Counted from the first letter of the stretch, positions 1 to 10,326 are shown. The stretch is 64,000 nucleotides of DNA from Gammaproteobacteria bacterium (GCA_044445605.1 JBIOEA010000007.1:3073-67072); one strand, 5' to 3'. Notes: generated by a model not told the origin, from the letters alone. Numbers and translations are program-made.

Positions 1-1371
1 TGGCGTGACAACGGTGTAACTTTGTCCGATACCCATACTGATCGTTTCGCCAGGATACCAGGGTTCATTGTAGCGACCCTTTTTCCATTCGGGTGTTGGC
101 ACCAATCCGCCTGTTTCGCCAAAAATATCAACACCTGTTTTTGTACCATAGCCAAACTTGGTAAACGCTTCCCCTAAAACACGTACTTCCATTTTATGCG
201 CAACGGTATAAAAGAAAACGTCGCACGATAACATGATCCCAACAAGCACATTCACTTGGCCATGTCCGCCGGGCCACCAATCACGGTATGGACGGCCTCT
301 GCCACCCAGTTGATAAAAACCAGGATCCCAAATGCTAAAGCTGGGAGTGATAAATCCTTTTTCCAATGCTTGCAACGCGGACAGTGGTTTAACTGTCGAA
401 GCGGGGGGGTAGAGTCCACGCAATGCTCGGTTATACAAAGGTTGATCAGGATCCGTGGAGAGGGCTTTATAACTGGCGTGATCAATGCCGCGCACGAACA
501 CATTCGGATCAAAACCGGGTTTGCTCACAAACGCTAAAATTTCACCGGTTTTTGGCTCAATAGCAACCACGGCGCCCTTGCCTTCGCTCAATGCTTTTTC
601 AGCAGCGAGCTGCAACTTGCTATCGATCGACAAATATAAATTAGTACCTGAGACAGGTTCTTTGGTTTCTAAAATACGTAGTACACGTCCACGTGCATCG
701 GTTTCGACTTTTTGATAGCCGACTTCGCCATGCAGTAGGTCTTCGTGATATTTTTCAAGACCTGTTTTGCCCATGTAAAGGGTCGCGCGGTATTCATTGG
801 GGTCTAACGATTTAAGTTCATCTTCGTTGATACGTCCGACATAACCCAGTAAATGTGCAAAAGGGGAGCCGAGTGGATAATCACGCATCAACGTGCCAAC
901 GACATTGACGCCGGGTAAACGGTAATTGTTGACCGAAATGATGGCGGCTTGATCTTCTGAAATATTCAGCAGTAAGGGAACCCCTTCAAATTGTCGACGG
1001 CGTTTTTCTTCTTTGTAAAAGCGCGTGATGTCTTCTTCTGTCAGAGGAATGAGTTTCTGGATCGTGGCTAATGTTTCTTTGATGTTTTCTGTTTGTTCAG
1101 GAACGATATGAATCGAGAAGGTCGGGACGTTATTGGCAAGTAAGATACCATTGCGATCGTAAATGAGACCACGATTCGGTGGCAAGGGTAATACGGCAAT
1201 GCGATTTTGATCGGATAGCGTGGTGTAAACGTCATGCTGTATGACTTGCAAATAAAATAGACGCACCATTAATAAGCAAAACACAATGCCAATCAAAATC
1301 ATGGCCGTGTAAACGCGGCCTTGGAAAAGCTTCGTTTCACGTTGAAAGTGACGGATAAAGTGTCTACGCAT
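1..1371 (-). CDS. mrdA: Penicillin-binding protein 2 (peptidoglycan D,D-transpeptidase), N-terminal ~457 codons; 3' end lies beyond the window start
   Basis: Not in the ORF track because the frame is open to the window edge. Own translation from ATG at 1371 gives MRRHFIRHFQRETKLFQGRVYTAMILIGIVFCLLMVRLFYLQV (TM anchor). Further on it gives GLYPPASTVKP, the SxxK motif, around nt 380-410. Synteny mrdA-rlmH-rsfS matches E. coli. Confidence 0.85.
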   Translation of the reverse strand, partial: MRRHFIRHFQRETKLFQGRVYTAMILIGIVFCLLMVRLFYLQVIQHDVYTTLSDQNRIAVLPLPPNRGLIYDRNGILLANNVPTFSIHIVPEQTENIKETLATIQKLIPLTEEDITRFYKEEKRRRQFEGVPLLLNISEDQAAIISVNNYRLPGVNVVGTLMRDYPLGSPFAHLLGYVGRINEDELKSLDPNEYRATLYMGKTGLEKYHEDLLHGEVGYQKVETDARGRVLRILETKEPVSGTNLYLSIDSKLQLAAEKALSEGKGAVVAIEPKTGEILAFVSKPGFDPNVFVRGIDHASYKALSTDPDQPLYNRALRGLYPPASTVKPLSALQALEKGFITPSFSIWDPGFYQLGGRGRPYRDWWPGGHGQVNVLVGIMLSCDVFFYTVAHKMEVRVLGEAFTKFGYGTKTGVDIFGETGGLVPTPEWKKGRYNEPWYPGETISMGIGQSYTVVTP

Positions 1372-1373
1372 TT

Positions 1374-1844
1374 CTACTCTCGATGATACGGATGATCCTG
1401 CAAAATGCTCCACGCCCGATACAGCTGTTCCGCCAACACGACGCGAACCATGGGGTGCGGCAACGTGAGGGGTGACAACGACCATTTCTCATGTGCACGC
1501 GTGAGTATTGCCTCGCTCAATCCATCGGGGCCGCCGATCACAAAACAAATCTGGGGGTGTTCCCGACGCCAATGACCTAATCGCTGAGCCAGTGCTGTAC
1601 TGGTATGCAAAGCCCCATGCTCATCTAAGGCTACCACATAAGCGCCTTTTGGCAATGCCGCCAGTATCTTATCGCTTTCTAGGGTTTTTAGGTGGAGACT
1701 ATTGGCATTTTTATGCCGTTTTGCGGCAGGAATTTCAATTAATTGGAGGCGATATTCATGGGGTAAGCGTTTAGCGTATTCATGGAATACCTCTGTGACC
1801 CACGTGGGCATCTTTTCGCCCACTGCAACGACTGTTAAAGACAT
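1374..1844 (-). CDS. rlmH: 23S rRNA (pseudouridine1915-N3)-methyltransferase RlmH (SPOUT)
   Basis: 156-aa ORF. The length, the C-terminal HPYHRE and the GGPDG motif are typical of RlmH. It lies immediately upstream of mrdA. Confidence 0.9.
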   Translation of the reverse strand: MSLTVVAVGEKMPTWVTEVFHEYAKRLPHEYRLQLIEIPAAKRHKNANSLHLKTLESDKILAALPKGAYVVALDEHGALHTSTALAQRLGHWRREHPQICFVIGGPDGLSEAILTRAHEKWSLSPLTLPHPMVRVVLAEQLYRAWSILQDHPYHRE

Positions 1845-2185
1845 GTGGTTCCGTTCTTAGCTGCCTGTGATATGTCCCATAACCCTTCGAGATAGTAATA
1901 ATCCCGGGTTCTGGGTTGCATAATATGCACCAAAATATCCCCTAAATCAACCAGAACCCATTCACAGTCCTCAAGCCCTTCGCAGGATAAGGGGTGGGTG
2001 CCTGCCTTGAGCGCGGCTTCGATCACTTTCTCCGCTAACGCCTTGACGTGACGATTGGATGTGCCAGTGGCAATGATCATGGTGTCTGTAATATCGGTGA
2101 GGTTTCGTACATCGAGGATTTTAATGTGTTGTGCTTTAAGGTCGTCTAAGGCAGTTACGACGATGTTTTCGAGCATTTCTGGCAT
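1835..2185 (-). CDS. rsfS: Ribosomal silencing factor RsfS
   Basis: ORF 1835..2233. I prefer the internal ATG at 2185 (MPEMLENIVV...) because it is preceded by a GAGG Shine-Dalgarno. The DITDTMIIATGTSNRHV motif is typical of RsfS/YbeB. Confidence 0.85.
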   Translation of the reverse strand: MPEMLENIVVTALDDLKAQHIKILDVRNLTDITDTMIIATGTSNRHVKALAEKVIEAALKAGTHPLSCEGLEDCEWVLVDLGDILVHIMQPRTRDYYYLEGLWDISQAAKNGTTCL

Positions 2186-2198
2186 GGTCACCTCGTTG

Positions 2199-3179
2199 TT
2201 AGGACAATTTAATTGTGGCCCCAGAAAACGCAATATACAAGTCGATCAATTGGTCCGCAGCTAAAAATCCTTCTTTACCTCCTTTCAGCGCCCGATCAAC
2301 CTGGGCACAGCGGCGCCATAAGTCGCGCAGCGAGGTTTCTGTGAATCGATGCATGGCTCTCATGAATGCATTTTTGCGTTTAGGGAAGATAGGTGGGTTT
2401 TGATTTGCCTTCAATGCTAATAGGGTATCAATGTCCCGAGTCAAGGCCCAGAGCATGAGCACTTGGTAATCGGCTTGTGCACTCAATGCATAAAAGAGTT
2501 TCGTCGTTTGGACCGCATCGCCATTGAGCGCTGCATCGGCCAAGTCGAATACTTCGCAGGGGAGTGTGTCGGGTAAGTAATCTTGCAGTACTTGGATATC
2601 AATGAGTTGCGTCGGCAAGCTCGACAAACGCATTAACGTTTGCTTCGCCGATAATAGCTCTGTGCACTGTGCCATGAAGAGCGACCAGGCTTCGGGCGTG
2701 AATTGTAAGCCTGCATCGTGTACCAATCCTCTCACGTATTGGGTGAAGGCTTCACCTTCTAAGGGCCATAACGGTAACCAGACGATATCTTGTAACAACG
2801 CTTCAAACCATTTCGTTTTTTGCGTCGTGGTTTCAATTTTGGGGGTGACAATCACCATGCATGCGCTGCCAGGAGCGGTTTGCGCACAGGCTTTTAGGTG
2901 CGCTTGGATGCCATCTTTGAACTTGGCATCGCTCATGTGGCATTCGTAATAAGGCTTGGGAGAAAAGAGTGAAAAGTTTTGACGCAGGCCTTCAAAGTGA
3001 TCCCAGTCTGTCGCATTGCTCAGGCTTAATGTTTCTTTTTCAAAACCTTGCTGTTTGGCTGCCACGCGCAAGCTTTGTAACGCTTCTTCTTTCAGCAATG
3101 GGTCATCGCTGCTGATCCAGTAGCAGGGTTTCAACGGAGCCTTCATCATGGAAGGCCAGTCGCGCCATTGTGCTTTCAT
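2199..3179 (-). CDS. holA: DNA polymerase III delta subunit
   Basis: 326-aa ORF in the lptE-holA position. The N-terminus YWISSDDPLLKEEALQSL resembles the HolA LLxGxDPLL motif. ATGA overlap with the lptE stop. An alternative start at 3149 is possible. Confidence 0.8.
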   Translation of the reverse strand: MKAQWRDWPSMMKAPLKPCYWISSDDPLLKEEALQSLRVAAKQQGFEKETLSLSNATDWDHFEGLRQNFSLFSPKPYYECHMSDAKFKDGIQAHLKACAQTAPGSACMVIVTPKIETTTQKTKWFEALLQDIVWLPLWPLEGEAFTQYVRGLVHDAGLQFTPEAWSLFMAQCTELLSAKQTLMRLSSLPTQLIDIQVLQDYLPDTLPCEVFDLADAALNGDAVQTTKLFYALSAQADYQVLMLWALTRDIDTLLALKANQNPPIFPKRKNAFMRAMHRFTETSLRDLWRRCAQVDRALKGGKEGFLAADQLIDLYIAFSGATIKLS

Positions 3180-3820
3180 TGCTCTTCGTCCACTTCATCG
3201 ATTTCTTGCATCTCTGCCGGCTGCTGCCTTGCAGCTTGCGTTTTTTCCAATGTTTCCATTCCTTTGGCCTGCTCCTTTTCTTCTTCAGAAGAGACGGGGT
3301 GCGTGTTCACCAAGTGTTCACGTTGTTCACGCTCGGCGATCACGTTGAGACGGTAATAAATTTGCATGGAAGCCTCTTCACGCATTTCTGCCAACATGAT
3401 GGATTCTTCCTGATTTTGGCCTAAGATTCGGCTTGGGTCCAGGTTGAGCATGCGGGTGACTTGGACAGATTGTTGGCCCAGGGCTCCTTCATAAGGCGAT
3501 AGGATTTCAAAATTAATGGTATAGATCATCGATTCTTGTTTTGCCAATGCATCTGTACCGATGATGAGCACTTCACGGACATAATGTTCCGGTTGCAGGC
3601 GGATGACATACTTATCTGCCGATGCAGGTTCTACGTTGACGTCGATGTCACGTAAGTAGCGACGGAATATCCGTTGGAAAAATTCTGTCGGATTGTCCGG
3701 TTGAATGGCAACTGTTTTCACTTGATGGAGCGTTTTCTGTGTGCCACGCAAATGGAACCCGCAGGCCGTGACAGCCAGGAGAACCACAAACACGCTGGCA
3801 TATTTAAATAGATGTCTCAT
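3176..3820 (-). CDS. lptE: LPS-assembly lipoprotein LptE (RlpB) with acidic C-terminal tail
   Basis: Lipoprotein signal MRHLFKYASVFVVLLAVTACG (lipobox). Position is leuS-lptE-holA. 4-nt overlap with leuS. Confidence 0.8.
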   Translation of the reverse strand: MRHLFKYASVFVVLLAVTACGFHLRGTQKTLHQVKTVAIQPDNPTEFFQRIFRRYLRDIDVNVEPASADKYVIRLQPEHYVREVLIIGTDALAKQESMIYTINFEILSPYEGALGQQSVQVTRMLNLDPSRILGQNQEESIMLAEMREEASMQIYYRLNVIAEREQREHLVNTHPVSSEEEKEQAKGMETLEKTQAARQQPAEMQEIDEVDEEQ

Positions 3821-6249
3821 TCGGCCACCACAATATTGATTAAACGGTTCTGAACGACGACGATTTTTTTCACCGTTTTGCCTTCGATATAAGGAAGGGC
3901 TTTCGGTGCTTTCAGCGCCATCGCCTGAATATCTGATTCGCTGGCATCCACGCTGACTTCAATTTGATCACGTAATTTACCATTGATTTGCACCACCATC
4001 ACGCGTGACGCTTGCGTGAGTGCGGCAGGATCAAATGTAGGCCACGGTGCCAATGCAACCGGCTCTTTGTGGCCTTGCAGCGCCCAGAGGTGATGCGCCA
4101 GATGCGGCGTGAAAGGTTCGAGCATGCGCGTCATGGCTGAGATGGCTTCCGTCATCACAGCGACATCGCCGGCTGTGTTAACAGGCGCTTTCATCAATGC
4201 ATTGGTCAGTTCCATCATCGCGGCAATGGCTGTGTTGAAGCTTTGTCGGCTTCCCACATCATGCGTCACCTTTTCTATCGTCAAATGCACTTGTCGGCGT
4301 AATGCTTTTTGTTCGGGGGTGAGTGACTCCAACGATGGGGCGACGGCAAATGTTTGTGTGGCCAATCCAAAAAAACGTTTCAAGTAACGATGAGCCCCTT
4401 CAACGCCTTGATCACTCCATTCCAAACTTTGTTCGGGTGGTGCGGCAAACATGCTGAACAGGCGGACGGTGTCAGCACCGTAGCGTTCAATCAACGCATC
4501 GGGATCCACCGTGTTCCCTTTGGATTTGGACATCTTGGTGCCATCTTTCAACACCATGCCTTGTGTGAGTAATGCGGTGAAAGGTTCGTCGCTGTTTACC
4601 AGGCCGAGATCGCGCATCGCTTTGTGGAAGAAACGCGAATACAACAAATGCATGCAAGCGTGTTCGATCCCGCCCACGTATTGGTTGACTGGCAGCCAAT
4701 CTTTCGCGCGAGCATCTAGCATCGTCGTTGCATCGGGGCAGGTGTAGCGTGCGTAATACCAAGATGATTCGACGAACGTATCAAATGTATCGGTTTCACG
4801 TTTCGCCGCTCTCCCGCATTGAGGGCATGTCACATTAAGGAAGCGAGGATCTTTCGTGAGTGGGGATGCTTTACCATCAGGAAATAAATCCGTGGGTAAG
4901 ACAACCGGCAAGTCTTGCTCGGGGACAGGCACGGTACCACAGGCGTCACAGTAAATAATCGGAATGGGTGTGCCCCAATAACGTTGACGCGATACGCTCC
5001 AATCACGCAAACGAAACGCGACTTTCGGCGTGCCTTGGTGTTTCGCTTCCAACGCTTGTGCAATCGCTGAGCGTGCTTGAGCGCTGGTTAATCCTGTGAA
5101 GTTGTCTGAGTCGATAAGGATGCCATCATCCGTCAGAGCCGATGACGTGTAATCGTGCTGGCTCCCTGTAGCGATGACAGGAATGATGGGTAATGCGTAT
5201 TGTTGAGCAAATTCAAAATCACGTTCATCATGCGCAGGAACAGCCATCACGGCGCCACTGCCGTAATCCATCAAGACGAAATTGGCAATCCAGATGGGGA
5301 TCTGTTTGCCTGTGAAGGGATGGATCGCATGGAAGTGTGTATCGATGCCTTCTTTTTCGGCCGTGGCCAGGGAGGCTTCTGCGACAGAGCGGGTTTTGCA
5401 ATGCTCGATGAATGCTTTGATAGCGGGATCTTTTTCTGCGGCTTCTAACGCTAATGGATGCTGGGGCGCAATGCCTAAGTAGGTTGCCCCAAATAATGTA
5501 TCGAGACGTGTGGTGTAAATTGTTAAGGGGGCGTGATCAGGGACATGGAACACGACTTCGCAGCCAGTCGATTTACCAATCCAATTGCGTTGCATGGTCC
5601 GCACTTGTTGTGGCCAGTGGGTGAGGGTGTCAATGCCTTGTAGCAACTCATCTGCATAATCCGTGATTTTAATAAACCACTGGGGGATTTCACGTTGCTC
5701 AACGAGCGCGCCCGAACGCCAACCACGGCCATCCACCACTTGTTCATTGGCAAGAACGGTTTGATCGACAGGATCCCAGTTGATGAACGTTGTTTTACGG
5801 TAAACCAATCCTTTTTTAAATAATTGGAGGAAGAACCATTGTTCATGACGGTAGTAATCGGGTTCGCAGGTAGTGACTTCGCGCGACCAATCAAATGAGA
5901 GGCCAAGGCGCTTGAATTGGACCTTCATGGTGGCAATGTTTTTATGGGTCCAGTCTGCGGGGGCCACTTTGTGGGCAATCGCCGCATTCTCAGCGGGGAG
6001 GCCGAACGCATCCCAGCCAATGGGATGAAGGACGTTTTTATTTTGCATGCGTTGAAACCGGGCCACGACATCGCCCAATGTATAGTTACGGACATGACCC
6101 ATATGGAGCTGCCCGCTGGGGTAGGGGAGCATGCTCAGGCAATAAAAACGTTCGCGAGAGTCGTTCTCGTCATTGGCTTGAAAGGTGTGATATTGTTCCC
6201 AGTAGGCTTGGGCTTGGGTTTCAATGGCGTGGGGATCGTAAGTTGACAT
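3817..6249 (-). CDS. leuS: Leucine--tRNA ligase
   Basis: 810-aa ORF with the HMGH (HIGH-class) motif near the N-terminus and KMSKS in the C-terminal half. Confidence 0.97.
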   Translation of the reverse strand: MSTYDPHAIETQAQAYWEQYHTFQANDENDSRERFYCLSMLPYPSGQLHMGHVRNYTLGDVVARFQRMQNKNVLHPIGWDAFGLPAENAAIAHKVAPADWTHKNIATMKVQFKRLGLSFDWSREVTTCEPDYYRHEQWFFLQLFKKGLVYRKTTFINWDPVDQTVLANEQVVDGRGWRSGALVEQREIPQWFIKITDYADELLQGIDTLTHWPQQVRTMQRNWIGKSTGCEVVFHVPDHAPLTIYTTRLDTLFGATYLGIAPQHPLALEAAEKDPAIKAFIEHCKTRSVAEASLATAEKEGIDTHFHAIHPFTGKQIPIWIANFVLMDYGSGAVMAVPAHDERDFEFAQQYALPIIPVIATGSQHDYTSSALTDDGILIDSDNFTGLTSAQARSAIAQALEAKHQGTPKVAFRLRDWSVSRQRYWGTPIPIIYCDACGTVPVPEQDLPVVLPTDLFPDGKASPLTKDPRFLNVTCPQCGRAAKRETDTFDTFVESSWYYARYTCPDATTMLDARAKDWLPVNQYVGGIEHACMHLLYSRFFHKAMRDLGLVNSDEPFTALLTQGMVLKDGTKMSKSKGNTVDPDALIERYGADTVRLFSMFAAPPEQSLEWSDQGVEGAHRYLKRFFGLATQTFAVAPSLESLTPEQKALRRQVHLTIEKVTHDVGSRQSFNTAIAAMMELTNALMKAPVNTAGDVAVMTEAISAMTRMLEPFTPHLAHHLWALQGHKEPVALAPWPTFDPAALTQASRVMVVQINGKLRDQIEVSVDASESDIQAMALKAPKALPYIEGKTVKKIVVVQNRLINIVVAE

Positions 6250-6318
6250 GGCGATATATTCCTACCTTCAATAGAGCTATGTATTATAGCCGGAAAGCCT
6301 TATTTTGGGGTATGTTTT

Positions 6319-6816
6319 TTGGCAAGGAGGAACCATTGCAAGATGCTAACGTCTTCAGATGCTATTATCGAAAAAGATATTCATGATTTTCTTAATGATA
6401 GGGAAAAGGAGCTTGTTCAACACGGGGCCTATTTTTTACTTGAAGATGATGGATTTTATTGTTCAAAATGGAGAGGATTGACAGGTGCCGAGGAGCGTGT
6501 ACATAGTCATGAATTTAAAGGCCTATCATTCAGTATTCAAGGTCAGATATTCCCTGAGTTCTTGTTTTCGGTCCGGAAGGTCGATGGGAAAACCTGTACC
6601 TGGTTCCAAGCCGAACGGCACGGAATGAGAGACATTTATCAGTTCTTTTCACATGCGTTGTGTTGGTTCCGATATGTGGTAACGGAGATGAATATTGGGC
6701 CGAGGGGCAGTACTCATCACACGGAAGCGAATCCGATCCGGATAGCTGAAGATAGGATCCGTGGTTCGCGGCATAAATCAATAGAGGGGTTAAAAAAATG
6801 GTCTCGCATTATGTGA
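6319..6816 (+). CDS. Hypothetical protein (no recognisable domain)
   Basis: 165-aa ORF in an AT-richer gap between leuS and aroC. The real start may be the internal MLTSSD. No motif recognised. Confidence 0.35.
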   Translation: MARRNHCKMLTSSDAIIEKDIHDFLNDREKELVQHGAYFLLEDDGFYCSKWRGLTGAEERVHSHEFKGLSFSIQGQIFPEFLFSVRKVDGKTCTWFQAERHGMRDIYQFFSHALCWFRYVVTEMNIGPRGSTHHTEANPIRIAEDRIRGSRHKSIEGLKKWSRIM

Positions 6817-7107
6817 AGGAGATTATTCTTCACATTAAATATAAGTATTGTTCCAGCAAACGACAATAAAGCGAGTGGCGGTGCCAATGCGGGGTTGTTC
6901 TTATCGTGCCGGGACAAATCTTTTTTGGCGAGCCTCGGATGCTGGAGCTTGGCCTTGAACTCCGCGCGAGCCCAACCTCGATGGTAGCGACCTAATGGCA
7001 TCGATAAGAATGACACCGTGTTGGCAAACCTGCCACGAGCGTTAAATAGAGTGCAGCGCGGAACAATCTCATTCCTCCGCAGAGTTCAGATTGCAACGTC
7101 TGAACGT

Positions 7108-8190
7108 TTACGAAATATCTTTCGCACTACGCAACACATGATCCATGATCACCAATGCCGCCATTGCATCGACGATGGGCACAGCGCGGGGCAAGACACA
7201 CGGGTCATGGCGTCCTGATGCTTCTAATATCACGGATTCATTGTCAATAGTTAACGTTTGTTGTGGTTGGCTTATCGTCGACACAGGTTTAAAAGCCACG
7301 CGAAAATAAACATCTTCACCGGTTGAAATCCCACCTAATACACCACCAGCATCATTTTTGGATGTTCGCACTTTGTCCTGTTTAATCACAAACGGATCAT
7401 TGTGTTCGCTGCCGCGCATCCCCACTGAATCAAATCCTGCACCGATATCAAAACCTTTGACCGCATTGATGCTCAACATCGCTTTACCTAAATCAGCATG
7501 GAGTTTATCAAAAACAGGTTCGCCTAATCCGGTAGGCAAATGCCGAATAACCCCTTTTATAATACCGCCAATCGAATCGCCTTCTGCTTTAACCGTTTCA
7601 ATCAATGAAATCATGTCAGCTGCAACATGCGCATCTGGGCAACGAACGATATTGCTTTCGATCATCGAGGGCGTGACGGATTGATAATCGATGTTTGTTT
7701 TGATCGTACCAACTTGTTCAACATAGCTGATAAATTCGATCCCATGATGCAAGGCCAAATATTTTTGAGCGATGGCGCCAGCTGCAACACGCGCTAACGT
7801 TTCACGTGCACTGGCACGGCCGCTGCCACGAAAATCCCGAATACCATATTTTTCTTGATAGGTGAAATCTGCATGAGAAGGGCGTAACACATTTTTCACG
7901 TGTTCATAATCTTCTGGACGCATGTCTTCATTGTAGGCGAGCATCAAGATCGGTGTGCCCGTGGTTTTGCCTTCAAATAGTCCTGACAAAATATGAATTT
8001 CATCAGCTTCCTTGCGGGGTGATGTAATATGACTTTGGCCAGGTTTGCGGCGATCAAGTGCCGCTTGAATCTCAACGTGTGTGATCGGAATACCGGCAGG
8101 GCAACCATCAATGATAACGCCCACAGCGCCGCCATGAGATTCACCGCAGGTGGTGATGCGAAATATGTCGCCAAAACTATTTCCGGCCAT
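7108..8190 (-). CDS. aroC: Chorismate synthase
   Basis: 360 aa. The N-terminus MAGNSFGDIFRITTCGESHGGAVGVIIDGCPAG is a classic AroC signature. Confidence 0.97.
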   Translation of the reverse strand: MAGNSFGDIFRITTCGESHGGAVGVIIDGCPAGIPITHVEIQAALDRRKPGQSHITSPRKEADEIHILSGLFEGKTTGTPILMLAYNEDMRPEDYEHVKNVLRPSHADFTYQEKYGIRDFRGSGRASARETLARVAAGAIAQKYLALHHGIEFISYVEQVGTIKTNIDYQSVTPSMIESNIVRCPDAHVAADMISLIETVKAEGDSIGGIIKGVIRHLPTGLGEPVFDKLHADLGKAMLSINAVKGFDIGAGFDSVGMRGSEHNDPFVIKQDKVRTSKNDAGGVLGGISTGEDVYFRVAFKPVSTISQPQQTLTIDNESVILEASGRHDPCVLPRAVPIVDAMAALVIMDHVLRSAKDIS

Positions 8191-9286
8191 GCGCGTCTCC
8201 TTCGATCACAGATGTCAGTGCAAGCATGACTTCATTATCAGTAACAGGATGCGTGTGATGGCTATTTTCGGCGTATGTTCTGCCGATATTATGCAGCAAC
8301 ACATAACGCACTTCTTGGCTCTGTGCTTTTTTATCGTTGCGCGTGAAGCGCAGGATCGCTTCAGGTTTGAATTTACTGAGTGCTGATCCCTTGATGCCGA
8401 CATGTTCTAACGCATCGACGATTATCTGCCTGTCTTTTTTAGTGATGAGATCACGCTGCAAGGCGATATGCGATTCGACAAGCATGCCATAACCAACGGC
8501 ATGACCATGTAAGATTTTATGATGGGATGCTTTTTCCAGTGCATGTCCGATGGTGTGGCCAAAATTGAGAATAGCACGCGGACCGTTTTCATGAGGGTCG
8601 CGTGCGACCACCTCTGCTTTCAATTCAATCGCCTTTTTAATGAATCGCATTGCAGGCTTGCCGACTTGACATGCTTCTTTAAATGTCGTTTCATCGCAGA
8701 TCATGAAGATTTTCAGTGCTTCAATCCAGCCGCAGGTCATTTGATTTACAGGTAATGTTTTTAAGCAGTTCAGATCGGAAATGACACACACCGGATGCCA
8801 GAATGCCCCAATTAAATTTTTTCCTTCGGGGGTGTTGATGCCTGTTTTACCACCAATGCTACTGTCGAGCATCGCCAGCAATGTCGTGGGCACTTGGATG
8901 TACGGAATGCCACGCATATAAGTTGCTGCGACAAACCCCGCGATATCGCCCACGATGCCACCACCTAATGCAATGATGCACGTATCACGGCCAAGATGAT
9001 TTTTAAACATGGCCGTTTCAAGATCAATTTTTGTTTGAACACATTTCTGATCTTCACCCGGCGGGAATGAGAGCACTTCCACTTTTTTGCCTTGTTGTTT
9101 AAATGCACTGACTATTTCTGCTGCGTACAGCTCTTTGACTGTATCATCCGTGATGATAATGAATGTGAAGTGTTGCAAGTGAGCTGGAAGCAGGGCTGGG
9201 AATTCAGATAATAATCCTTCGCCAAGATGAACATCATAATGTTGTTTGAGTGGCGCTGGGATGTGAATACCTATCGATTGTTTCAT
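8177..9286 (-). CDS. aroB: 3-dehydroquinate synthase
   Basis: 369 aa with IALGGGIVGDIAGFVAATYMRGI (NAD-binding GGG motif) and the HTIGHALE metal site. Confidence 0.95.
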   Translation of the reverse strand: MKQSIGIHIPAPLKQHYDVHLGEGLLSEFPALLPAHLQHFTFIIITDDTVKELYAAEIVSAFKQQGKKVEVLSFPPGEDQKCVQTKIDLETAMFKNHLGRDTCIIALGGGIVGDIAGFVAATYMRGIPYIQVPTTLLAMLDSSIGGKTGINTPEGKNLIGAFWHPVCVISDLNCLKTLPVNQMTCGWIEALKIFMICDETTFKEACQVGKPAMRFIKKAIELKAEVVARDPHENGPRAILNFGHTIGHALEKASHHKILHGHAVGYGMLVESHIALQRDLITKKDRQIIVDALEHVGIKGSALSKFKPEAILRFTRNDKKAQSQEVRYVLLHNIGRTYAENSHHTHPVTDNEVMLALTSVIEGDAHGRK

Positions 9287-10326
9287 GTGCGTAGTCTCTC
9301 TGCCATGTTTAAAAGAAGCGTTTCAGTTTTGTCCCAGCCCAGGCAAGGATCGGTGATAGACAGCCCATTTAAATCGAGACCTTCTGGGTGGGTGAGATCC
9401 ACTTTTTGGTTACCGTCTTTGATAAAACTTTCTATCATGAAACCTTTGACTAAGGATCGCAAAACTGGGTCTTGTGCCATGGTGTCCAATGTTTCAAAAA
9501 TCACGTGTGATTGACGCAGGTGATTTTTTTGACCATCGATGATGCAATTGTCATGGCTCGCATCGACAAGGATAGCAGGGTTTTTGACGTTGTGATGCAT
9601 CATGTACGTGCGTGCTTCATGCAGATGCGCCGCAGAGTAATTCGGCTCATTATTTCCGCCACGCAGAACCAGATGCGCATAGGGGTTGCCATGGGTTTGG
9701 ACTTCAAATCCATCCATGACGGTGACGTGCGGATGCTGAGCAGCAATCACGCTGTTTACCCCAACGTGCAAGGATCCATACGTTGGGTTTTTCAATCCAA
9801 CAGGACAATCAATGCTTGACGCATAAATGCGATACTGTTGGTTTTCAGCGCTACGTGCGCCAATGGCCACCCAAGAAAGGAGCTCAACGAATCCCTTTGC
9901 ATTGTGCGTGAATAATGCTTCATCTGATATGGGCAAGCCCATGTCAATCACGTCAAGCATCATCTTGCGAACATAACGCATGCTGAATGCTACATCAGGT
10001 GCTGAAAAAGGATCGGATTGAATCATCGGCCCAGTCCAGCCATTCTTCGTGCGTGGCTTTTGAATGTACACACGCATGACAATTTTTAATACATCGGAAA
10101 TGTGAGTGTTTAATGTTTGTAATTGACGGGCATAATCCAAGACAGCTGTTGAAGGCCATGCGGAGCAGGGGCCTACGACCACGATAAGACGATCATCGTT
10201 GCCTGATAGGATATCTTTGATTTCTTGTTTGTCTCGTGCAATTTTATCTGCACTTTCTTTTTTTAAGGGTAAAGCGTCAAAAATGTCTTCAATGGGCGGT
10301 AATTTTTTGATGATGGTGTAACTCAT
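9283..10326 (-). CDS. aroG: 3-deoxy-7-phosphoheptulonate (DAHP) synthase, class I (AroF/G/H type)
   Basis: 347 aa with VVGPCS, IVMRVYIQKPRT, GARSAENQ and LRGG..PNY motifs shared with E. coli AroG. Which isozyme type (feedback specificity) cannot be determined. Confidence 0.9.
   Translation of the reverse strand: MSYTIIKKLPPIEDIFDALPLKKESADKIARDKQEIKDILSGNDDRLIVVVGPCSAWPSTAVLDYARQLQTLNTHISDVLKIVMRVYIQKPRTKNGWTGPMIQSDPFSAPDVAFSMRYVRKMMLDVIDMGLPISDEALFTHNAKGFVELLSWVAIGARSAENQQYRIYASSIDCPVGLKNPTYGSLHVGVNSVIAAQHPHVTVMDGFEVQTHGNPYAHLVLRGGNNEPNYSAAHLHEARTYMMHHNVKNPAILVDASHDNCIIDGQKNHLRQSHVIFETLDTMAQDPVLRSLVKGFMIESFIKDGNQKVDLTHPEGLDLNGLSITDPCLGWDKTETLLLNMAERLRT

Noticed and set aside
4109-5906. Numerous 60-130-aa ORFs on both strands inside leuS (for example 4109..4387, 4487..4762, 5523..5906). 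Similar embedded ORFs occur in holA, aroC, aroB, ptrB, addB, addA, the sulfatase, phoH2 and dapA.
   Set aside because: They are fully embedded in long ORFs with unambiguous family signatures. This is a typical shadow-frame artefact.
6717-7016. 99-aa minus-strand ORF (MSFLSMPLGRYHRGWARAEFKAKLQHPRL...)
   Set aside because: It overlaps the 3' end of ORF 6319..6816, has a basic low-complexity composition and no start context. I report the region as a possible non-coding feature rather than a gene.
7084-7105. Hairpin GTTCAGA-n8-TCTGAAC directly after the aroC stop as an intrinsic terminator
   Set aside because: It has only a 7-bp stem with an 8-nt loop and no U-run on the aroC (minus) strand. 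That is too weak to annotate as a terminator with confidence. It is mentioned only as a boundary marker.
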